Assembly: GCA_032718475.1 (NCBI GenBank)
Contig: JAUCBJ010000109.1
Location: 1-64,000 of the forward strand
Length of the DNA: 64,000 nucleotides
Reading direction: 5' to 3'
From: Nemertoderma westbladi
Taxonomy: Eukaryota; Animalia; Xenacoelomorpha
Under the pieces are notes generated by a model. That model saw only the letters and a list, made by a program, of their open reading frames with translations, searched no databases and was not told the origin of the DNA. Below, in pieces: positions 53,695 through 64,000 of this stretch. Made by a program: the position numbers and the translations under genes. Every line of letters starts with the position of its first letter. Positions within the stretch are counted from its first letter, which is position 1.

Positions 53695-54729
53695 GTGGAT
53701 ACATAAGTTTAGATAATTAGTTACAGTAGTTACAATAGTTTAAATAAATCATGCACCATAAGCAGTTGATATGTCTTATTATTATAATTATTAATTATGT
53801 TTTTTTAAAAGATATATTTTGGTTAATTAATACAATATCATTAATTATGTCATGAATTTAAAACTTAAAAGAAACGAAAATGCAATATAATTATAGCAAA
53901 TAAAATAACAAAATATGTTTATCAAAGATACAGTTTTATGGAATTCAGGAATTTGATTTATAAATTTGTTATATGGCTGCATATTTTATCTCAAACTTAT
54001 ATGACTTTTGTTAATTTTGAATAACTATTCTTTTACATAAATTATTATTTTTTGTCCAACTTTTTATCTCTATATTCGAGGAATTGTAAAGGCATATTTT
54101 TTCAGAGGCCAAAGCAAAGGTCAAGGAAAAAATGCTGGAATTAATGAAGAAATAGAATACAACTCAAGTCGCAGATGATAATATTAACTTATTAATATTA
54201 ACCATTTTTAAAAGCGTGAGGGCATTCATTATTTTATAACAACAGCTATAATTTTAGGTCTATCTAGTGGTAGTTGTAATCTGCAATTAATAGCGTAAAT
54301 TGATATAAATGATACAATATTCATGTGATTAATTTATTATTTAGCATTTGCAGTTGTGATAATTTAATGTAAGGTATCAAAATTTCATACTTCGTTTCTT
54401 ATTGAACAAAGCTCGCCCTCTCTCGTTTTGTACAATGATCAGCGGTCATAACTCTGAATTGTGATATTTTCACATAATGACGTTTACTAGTCAGTAAAAA
54501 CAATTTTAATTCATTATTTTTGTGTTATGGTGTAGGTCCGTTATGCAACAACGTGAAATTGATGTTTTATTAAAAATGGAAATGTTTTATCGTAGTAACA
54601 CCCCTATAAACAAACCAAATATATATATAAAGTTATATAGATATACATAACTAATTAAATATTCTTATATCATCAAAATATGTTGTGCATCCATATTACC
54701 AGTCCTACCTATGACTTCCTAATTTGGCT

Positions 54730-57700
54730 AAAAAAGTGTATGTGGATGCAAAAGTGTATGCGGATACAAAAGTGTATGTGGATGCAAAAGTGTATGAGGA
54801 TACAAAAGTGTATGGGGATACAAAAGTGTATGTGGATACAAAAGTGTATGCGGATAAAAAAGTGTATGTGGATGCAAAAGTGTATGAGGATACAAAAGTG
54901 TATGCGGATACAAGAAGTGTATGTGGATACAAAAGTGTATGCGGATAAAAAAGTGTATGTGGATGCAAAAGTGTATGAGGATACAAAAGTGTATGCGGAT
55001 ACAAAAGTGTATGTGGATGCAAAAGTGTATGAGGATACAAAAGTGTATGCGGATACAAAAGTGTATGTGGATGCAAAAGTGTATGAGGATACAAAAGTGT
55101 ATGGGGATACAAAAGTGTATGTGGATACAAAAGTGTATGCGGATAAAAAAGTGTATGTGGATGCAAAAGTGTATGAGGATACAAAAGTGTATGCGGATAC
55201 AAGAAGTGTATGTGGATACAAACAATGTATGTGGATACAAAAGTGTATGTGGATGCAAAGGTGCATGTGGATACAAAAGTGTATGTGGATAAAAAAGTGT
55301 ATGTGGATGCAAAAGTGTATGTGGATAGAAAAACTGTATGTGGATACAATAAGTGTATGTGGATACAAAAGTGTATGTGGATATAAAAAGTGTATGTGGA
55401 TACAAAAGTGTATGTGGATAAAAAAGTGTATGTGGATACAAAAGTGTATGCGGATAAAAAAGTGTATGTGGATGCAAAAGTGTATGTGGATACAAAACGT
55501 GTACGCGGATACAAAAGTGTATGTGGTTACAAAAGTGTATGTGGATACAAAAGTGTATGTGGATGCAAAGGTGCATGTGGATACAAAAAGTGTATGTGGA
55601 TACAATAAGTGTATGTGGATACAAAAGTGTATGTGGATACAAAAAGTGTATGCGGATAAAAAAGTGTATGTGGATACAAAAGTGTATGTGGATACAAAAG
55701 TGTATGTTGATGCAAAAGTGTATGTGGATAAAAAAGTGTATGTGGATACAAAAAGTGTATGTGGATACAAAAGTGTATGCGGATATAAAAGTGTATGTGG
55801 ATACAAAAGTGTATGTGGATACAAAAGTGTATGCGGATACAAGAAGTGTATGTGGATACAAAAGTGTATGCGGATACAAGAAGTGTATGTGGATACAAAC
55901 AATGTATGTGGATACAAAAGTGTATGTGGATGCAAAGGTGCATGTGGATACAAAAGTGTATGAGGATACAAAAGTGTATGCGGATACAATAAGTGTATGT
56001 GGATACAAACAATGTATGTGGATACAAAAGTGTATGTGGATGCAAAGGTGCATGTGGATAAAAAAGTGTATGCGGATACAAAAGTGTATGTGGTTACAAA
56101 AGTGTATGTGGATAAAAAAGTGTATGTGGATGCAAAAGTGTATGTGGATAGAAAAACTGTATGTGGATACAATAAGTGTATGTGGATACAAAAGTGTATG
56201 TGGATACAAAAGTGTATGTGGATACAAAAAGTGTATGCGGATAAAAAAGTGTATGTGGATACAAAAGTGTATGTGGATACAAGTGTGTATGTGGATAAAA
56301 AAGTGTATGCGGATACAAAAGTGTATGTGGATACAAAAGTGTATGTGGATACAAAAAGTGTATGCGGATAAAAAAGTGTATGTGGATACAAAAGTGTATG
56401 TGGATACAAGTGTGTATGTGGATAAAAAAGTGTATGCGGATACAAAAGTGTATGCGGATATAAAAGTGTATGTGGATGCAAAAGTGTATGAGGATACAAA
56501 AGTGTATGCGGATACAAGAAGTGTATGTGGATACAAACAATGTATGTGGATACAAAAGTGTATGTGGATGCAAAGGTGCATGTGGATACAAAAGTGTATG
56601 TGGATAAAAAAGTGTATGTGGATGCAAAAGTGTATGTGGATAGAAAAACTGTATGTGGATACAATAAGTGTATGTGGATACAAAAGTGTATGTGGATATA
56701 AAAAGTGTATGTGGATACAAAAGTGTATGTGGATAAAAAAGTGTATGTGGATACAAAAGTGTATGCGGATAAAAAAGTGTATGTGGATGCAAAAGTGTAT
56801 GTGGATACAAAACGTGTACGCGGATACAAAAGTGTATGTGGTTACAAAAGTGTATGTGGATACAAAAGTGTATGTGGATGAAAAGGTGCATGTGGATACA
56901 AAAAGTGTATGTGGATACAATAAGTGTATGTGGATACAAAAGTGTATGTGGATACAAAAAGTGTATGCGGATAAAAAAGTGTATGTGGATACAAAAGTGT
57001 ATGTGGATACAAAAGTGTATGTTGATGCAAAAGTGTATGTGGATAAAAAAGTGTATGTGGACACAAAAAGTGTATGTGGATACAAAAGTGTATGCGGATA
57101 CAAAAGTGTATGTGGATACAAAAGTGTATGTGGATACAAAAGTGTATGCGGATACAAGAAGTGTATGTGGATACAAAAGTGTATGCGGATACAAGAAGTG
57201 TATGTGGATACAAACAATGTATGTGGATACAAAAGTGTATGTGGATGCAAAGGTGCTTGTGGATACAAAATTGTATGAGGATACAAAAGTGTATGCGGAT
57301 ACAAGAAGTGTATGTGGAGTGGATACAAACAATGTATGTGGATACAAAAGTGTATGTGGATGCAAAGGTGCATGTGGATAAAAAAGTGTATGCGGATACA
57401 AAAGTGTATGTGGTTACAAAAGTGTATGTGGATAAAAAAGTGTATGTGGATGCAAAAGTGTATGTGGATAGAAAAACTGTATGTGGATACAATAAGTGTA
57501 TGTGGATACAAAAGTGTATGTGGATACAAAAGTGTATGTGGATACAAAAAGTGTATGCGGATAAAAAAGTGTATGTGGATACAAAAGTGTATGTGGATAC
57601 AAGTGTGTATGTGGATAAAAAAGTGTATGCGGATACAAAAGTGTATGTGGATACAAAAGTGTATGTGGATACAAAAAGTGTATGCGGATAAAAAAGTGTA

Positions 57701-60700
57701 TGTGGATACACAAGTGTATGTGGATACAAGTGTGTATGTGGATAAAAAACTGTATGCGGATACAAAAGTGTATGTGGATACAAAAGTGTATGTTGATGCA
57801 AAAGTGTATGTGGATACAAAAAGTGTATGTGGATACAAAAGTGTATGTGGATACAAAAGTGTATGTTGATGCAAAAGTGTATGTGGATAAAAAAGTGTAT
57901 GTGGATACAAAAGTGTATGTGGATACAAAAGTGTATGTTGATGCAAAAGTGTATGTGGATACAAAAAGTGTATGTGGATACAAAAGTGTATGTGGATACA
58001 AAAGTGTATGTTGATGCAAAAGTGTATGTGGATAAAAAAGTGTATGTGGATACAAAAGTGGTGGATACAAAAGTGTATGTGGATACAAGTATGTATGTGG
58101 ATAAAAAAGTGTATGCGGATACAAAAGTGTATGTGGATACAAAAGTGTATGTTGATGCAAAAGTGTATGTGGATAAAAAAGTGTATGTGGATACAAAAGT
58201 GTATGTGGATACAAAAGTGTATGTGGTTACAAAAGTGTATGTGGATACAAAAGTGTATGTTGATGCAAAAGTGTATGTGGATACAAAAAGTGTATGCGGA
58301 TAAAAAAGTGTATGTGGATACAAAAAGTGTATGCGGATAAAAAAGTGTATGTGGATACAAAAGTGTATGTGGATACAAGTGTGTATGTGGATAAAAAAGT
58401 GTATGTGGATGCAAAAGTGTATGTGGATACAAAACGTGTACGCGGATACAAAAGTGTATGTGGTTACAAAAGTGTATGTGGATACAAAAGTGTATGTGGA
58501 TACAAAAGTGTATGTTGATGCAAAAGTGTATGTGGATAAAAAAGTGTATGTGGATACAAAAAGTGTATGTGGATACAAGTGTGTATGTGGATAAAAAAGT
58601 GTATGCGGATACAAAAGTGTATGTGGATACAAAAGTGTATGTGGATACAAGTGTGTATGTGGATAAAAAAGTGTATGCGGATACAAAAGTGTATGTTGAT
58701 ACAAAAGTGTATGTTGATGCAAAAGTGTATGTGGATAAAAAAGTGTATGTGGATAAAAAAGTGTATGTGGATACAAGTGTGTATGTGGATAAAAAAGTGT
58801 ATGCGGATACAAAAGTGTATGCGGATAAAAAAGTGTATGTGGATGCAAAAGTGTATGTGGATACAAAACGTGTACGCGGATACAAAAGTGTATGTGGTTA
58901 CAAAAGTGTATGTGGATACAAAAGTGTATGTGGATGCAAAGGTGCATGTGGATACAAAAAGTGTATGTGGATACAATAAGTGTATGTGGATACAAAAGTG
59001 TATGTGGATACAAAAAGTGTATGCGGATAAAAAAGTGTATGTGGATACAAAAGTGTATGTGGATACAAAAGTGTATGTTGATGCAAAAGTGTATGTGGAT
59101 AAAAAAGTGTATGTGGATACAAAAAGTGTATGTGGATACAAAAGTGTATGTGGATACAAAAGTGTATGTGGATACAAAAAGTGTATGCGGATAAAAAAGT
59201 GTATGTGGATACAAAAGTGTATGTGGATACAAAAAGTGTATGTGGATACAAAAGTGTATGTGGATACAAAAAGTGTATGCGGATAAAAAAGTGTATGTGG
59301 ATAAAAAAGTGTATGTGGATACAAAAGTGTATGTGGATACAAAAGTGTATGTGGATACAAAAGTGTATGTGGATACAAAAAGTGTATGCGGATAAAAAAG
59401 TGTATGTGGATACAAAAGTGTATGTGGATACAAGTGTGTATGTGGATAAAAAAGTGTATGTGGATACAAAAGTGTATGTTGATGCAAAAGTGTATGTGGA
59501 TAAAAAAGTGTATGTGGATACAAAAGTGTATGCGGATACAAAAGTGTATGTGGTTACAAAAGTGTATGTGGATACAAAAGTGTATGTTGATGCAAAAGTG
59601 TATGTGGATAAAAAAGTGTATGTGGATACAAAAGTGTATGCGGATACAAAAGTGTATGTGGTTACAAAAGTGTATGTGGATACAAAAGTGTATGTTGATG
59701 CAAAAGTGTATGTGGATACAAAAAGTGTATGCGGATAAAAAAGTGTATGTGGATACAAAAGTGTATGTGGATACAAGTGTGTATGTGGATAAAAAAGTGT
59801 ATGCGGATACAAAAGTGTATGTGGATACAAAAGTGTATGTTGATGCAAAAGTGTATGTGGATAAAAAAGTGTATGTGGATAAAAAAGTGTATGTGGATAC
59901 AAGTGTGTAGGTGGATAAAAAAGTGTGTGCGGATACAAAAGTGTATGTGGATACAAAAGTGTATGTGGATACAAAAGTGTATGTGGATACAAGTGTGTAT
60001 GTGGATAAAAAAGTGTATGCGGATACAAAAGTGTATGTGGATACAAAAGTGTATGTTGATGCAAAAGTGTATGTGGATAAAAAAGTGTATGTGGATACAA
60101 AAGTGTATGTGGATACAAAAGTGTATGTTGATGCAAAAGTGTATGTGGATACAAAAAGTGTATGCGGATAAAAAAGTGTATGTGGATACAAAAGTGTATG
60201 TGGATACAAGTGTGTATGTGGATAAAAAAGTGTATGTGGATACAAAAGTGTATGTGGATACAAAAGTGTATGTTGATGCAAAAGTGTATGTGGATAAAAA
60301 AGTGTATGTGGATACAAAAAGTGTATGTGGATACAAACGTGTATGTGGATACAAGTGTGTATGTGGATAAAAAAGTGTATGCGGATACAAAAGTGTATGT
60401 GGATACAAAAGTATATGTTGATGCAAAAGTGTATGTGGATAAAAAAGTGTATGTGGATACAAAAGTGTATGCGGATACAAAAGTGTATGTGGATGCAAAA
60501 GTGTATGTGGATACAAAAAGTGTATGTGGATACAATAAGTGTATGTGGATACAAAAGTGTATGTGGATACAAAAGTGTATGTGGATACAAAAGTGTATGC
60601 GGATACAAAAGTGTATGTGGATACAAAAGTGTATGTTGATGCAAAAGTGTATGTGGATGCAAAAGTGTATGTGGATACAAAAAGTGTATGTGGATACAAA

Positions 60701-61116
60701 AGTGTATGTGGATACAAAAGTGTATGTGGATACAAAAGTGTATGTTGATGCAAAAGTGTATGTGGATAAAAAGTGTATGTGGATACAAAGTGTATGTGGA
60801 TGCAAAGGTGCATGTGGATAAAAAAGTGTATGTGGATACAAGTGTATGTATGGATACAAAAAGTGTATGTGGATGCAAAAGTGTATGTGGATACAAAAAG
60901 TGTATGTGGATACAATAAGTGTATGTGGATACAAAGAGTGTATGTGGATACAAAGAGTGTATGCGGATAAAAAAGTGTATGCGGATACAATAAGTGTATG
61001 TGGATACAAAAGTGTATGTGGATGCAAAAGTGTATGTGGATAAAAAAGTGTATGTTAATACAAAAGTGTATGTGGATACAAAAGTGTATGTGGATACAAA
61101 AGTGTATGTGGATACA
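54730..61116. repeat. Satellite 4: 18(19)-bp unit GTGTATGTGGATACAAAA, about 350 copies, filling most of an 8.6-kb intron
   Basis: Directly visible. A few separate copies also lie at 52634-52675. Confidence 0.98.
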
Positions 61117-61166
61117 GAAGCGTCTTTGGGTGGGGTGGATCTTACAAACTATAGTTTATATCTTAC

Positions 61167-61358
61167 GAGAGTTGGGTCGATATCATCTTGCTCAATAAGT
61201 TTACAGTAGATCTGATGGACTTTGGTGTACTTTAATCGGCCTTCCTCGTAATCCGCGTACGCGAAGTACATCACGGGATTCCGTTTAAGGACAGTCGTTA
61301 CAGCTCTCTCGTAAACGTTGGCAGCTTCTTCGGAGAATATCTTGGAACTGTTAATGTC
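61167..61358 (-). CDS. CSTF3: CstF-77 exon ([20 protein letters not shown]...[21 protein letters not shown]...DIDPTL)
   Basis: Acceptor ttaacag|GAC, donor CTC|gtaaga; 64 codons, collinear with CSTF3. Confidence 0.96.
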
Positions 61359-61594
61359 CTGTTAATCAATAAACATCGTAACATGTTTACAATTATGAGC
61401 TGAACTCGTAACGTAATAAAAGTTACTTGTTCTAGTATAAAAAATGTCAAGAAATATACTTTTTATTAAAATTGATGTTTATTAAATAATATAACTTAAG
61501 ACCCCCGCAACACTTTGCGGTGTAAATAATTTCTAACCACAGTGTTGCTAAATTATGCCCCAACACAAACCCGATAATATACTGAGCGACTTAC

Positions 61595-61720
61595 CCCTTT
61601 CTCTAGAAGCAGTTTACTTTGTGAGTCTAAGAAGAGGGATGATTCGTACCACAATTCCGGATGGTGTCCCAAACATAACAGCGCTTGCTCATAAGCAAAC
61701 ATTACCCGGTGCGTGAATAC
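61595..61720 (-). CDS. CSTF3: CstF-77 exon ([42 protein letters not shown])
   Basis: Acceptor tacaccag|GTA, donor GGG|gtaagt; 42 codons; [18 protein letters not shown] motif. Confidence 0.96.
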
Positions 61721-62522
61721 CTGGTGTAAAGTACCGCAAATATAGGTGGACATTATTTGTGAATGAATACATGGTGAAAAGTAGACATGATCATATCTTA
61801 ATCACAATAATTACTCTAGCTAGCTACAGGGAAATCTTCTGCAAAGGGGGGGGGGGGGGGGGGGGGTTCACCCCGCCTTTTTCAAATTTTGTGAATTTTT
61901 AGACTGGGGGAACCACCCCCCCGCCCCCTAAACCTCGGAAGAAAAAACTAACAAAAACAACCAAAGACGCTTGCACATTGAAAGCGTTCAACAAGCCAAA
62001 TCAAAGAGCAGCTATGGTTTATAAATGCCTAATGCCTTGTTAAGCGATAAATCTGCATTTCTGGACAAACGAGCTGACTACCTATCAAGGTAAAATCCGA
62101 TTCAGTAGCTGAACGAACGGTAGGCTAGAACTCACATTCAAATTCGAGACTCAACTTCATCGCACATAATGTGCCGGATCTGATATCACCAATGGTGATA
62201 CAAATTCTAGACAATAAAATATATTCTGACCAGCAGTAGGTGTGGGCGTTATAGGTAATAAGTTCGGCAGAAGATCTCCGCGTCCGCAAAGGGATAGTTC
62301 TCCACGTTCTCGAAATCGGAATAAAAGTCCACCTCCAATGAACACATACATAAAGCGGTTGGCCGGTTAATTATTTTCAGTCAAAGGCTGCGGTAGAGGA
62401 TTCGGGACTTGAGAACTCACACTGTACGTTGCTATGGGCACATCCTCTATTTGTTCGTCATCCGTTGCTACGGATAACTACTTACCCTACATGGTCGCCC
62501 GCTGCTATGAATACACCCCTAC

Positions 62523-62669
62523 CTGTTGGTCATCCGTTCGCAAGGGATTGCTCTTCTCCCACGCAATATATTTCTTCCACAGGGCCTTCTGATTGGCCTC
62601 TTCTGGGGTGTTGTTAGGGGGGGTGGAGGGAAGATTGCGGTTGATACCTCTCATATGGGATTCACATTC
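62523..62669 (-). CDS. CSTF3: CstF-77 exon ([49 protein letters not shown])
   Basis: Acceptor tgttacag|GAA, donor CAG|gtaggg; 49 codons; [14 protein letters not shown] motif. Confidence 0.96.
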
Positions 62670-63084
62670 CTGTAACACAAACAACCGATAGATGGAGTAC
62701 TAACTAACCGTTGACTCCTTACGGCCTATCACTATAAGTTCACGAGGAATAACAAACACATTATATTATTGAACTTGCTGTTAACATTGTTAATCGGTTT
62801 ATTACAAGGTTATGCAGATTAGTAAAAGGAACAGGTTACAGACAGAAACCCAAAAAATTCAATTTCGCAAACCAGTTTGCCGCCCTTCGCCACGCAATGA
62901 ATACAGTTACCTACATTAGAGGTACACCGGTATTTGTTGTGGTAACTGTCAGAGTAGATAGATAATAAGTAAATACCTACCTGGTACCCTATCTTGATTT
63001 TGTTGTGCTATATTTACTAATATTATTAATTTAGTTACTCCGACCGGGGGTGTAAAGAAAAAAAAATGTAATTAAATAAGTAAC

Positions 63085-63289
63085 CTTAGAAACTTTTCTC
63101 GAATGATGATATTCTTTAACTCTGTCTTCTAGAACTCGTTTCGCCAGATTTGGGTTAACACTTTCCTCGAAGCTACAATAGTCTTTCCACAACACCTCAA
63201 TGGTAATCATCGGGGTATTAATTCCCCTTTGGTAGATTCGTCGAACAGCCGCTATACGCTGGTTTTCGGCGTAGGATCCAATGGCCTCA
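63085..63289 (-). CDS. CSTF3: CstF-77 exon ([37 protein letters not shown]...[15 protein letters not shown])
   Basis: Acceptor atttacag|T GAG, donor AAG|gttact; [17 protein letters not shown] motif. Confidence 0.95.
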
Positions 63290-64000
63290 CTGTAAATAGT
63301 GAAATAAAGCTAGTATTATTACATCTATTAATACCACGGACTATAATAATTAAGTTATAACGAATGGTTACAATATTACCGCCATCATGACATCCCAGAG
63401 TCGGGGTCATCCTCCTTGGGATCACGCGAGATAAACTCTGCGAGGTATTCATCACGCTCCTACAAGGTGACTCAGATTCTGTTTTAGGTCCATTGTTGTC
63501 AGGAAGAACTCGTATGGCTCGTATAGTTTGTTACTTCATGTGGTAGTTTGTTTGTTAGATGTTTGTTTGGTCAAAGACGCGAATTGTATCACTGGTAAGA
63601 GCCACGGTGTCTTTAAGTTTGCAAAAGATCACATTTTCAAATTACCTGCAGATACTCCACAGAACAATGTACATTACCACTAGGCGAAAGAGTTGCTCAT
63701 TTACTAATTGGCGAGGCGCAGCAACTCGTTCTCGTGAACGGATGAAATAGTTGATGTGGTTCGCGAAGATCCCACCCCCACAACTTAGCAGAATATATAA
63801 ACTTGTATAAGTTATTGTACCAAGTTATGGTATAGTTTTACCGTATTTACGGAATCATAAGCTTTCAAAAATATCGTACGACAATGAAAACGACGACCTC
63901 AAAAAACAGGAGGGGAGTGAGACAGAAAACAACAGAGAACAAAGGACACAAAAGGGAAAACGGGATACAAATAAAATGGGAATTTGTTAACGTACCTATC

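Noticed and set aside
54680-61209. Very long ORFs up to 1385 aa (YPHTLL / CIHIHF / VYVDTK repeats)
   Set aside because: The 18-bp unit lacks stops in most frames, so ORFs open on both strands and in all frames. They are artefacts of the repeat.
61826-61930. Poly-G and C-run cluster as a transposon end or G-quadruplex element
   Set aside because: No matching inverted terminus or TSD was found, and the homopolymer length is unreliable.

Overview
Animal (probably invertebrate) nuclear DNA. The whole window lies inside one minus-strand gene, the polyadenylation factor CstF-77 / CSTF3 / suppressor of forked. Six exons can be read with canonical GT-AG borders and consistent phases: 63289-63085, 62669-62523, 61720-61595, 61358-61167, 52551-52408 and 10205-10103. 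The introns are inflated by satellites. The 42.2-kb intron (10206-52407) is mostly about 600 tandem copies of a 49-bp unit that is a copy of the last 48 nt of the preceding exon (5 nt shorter) plus its own 5' splice site. The true donor is therefore followed by hundreds of near-perfect decoy donors, and each unit parses as a 22-nt GT-AG segment plus a 27-nt in-frame microexon. Inserted elements are: a very young 11.5-kb non-autonomous BEL/Pao LTR retrotransposon (gag and protease; RT and integrase missing; 5-bp TSD), the 3' end of a related LTR element carrying a 591-aa CCHC-rich non-env extra ORF, a Zator-like TIR element (TTA TSD), a hAT-like MITE (8-bp TSD), a 5'-truncated LINE and a tRNA-derived SINE-like head. 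Other satellites have 38/23-bp, 38-bp, 18-bp and 9-bp units. Nearly all ORFs in the supplied track that fall inside satellites are artefacts.
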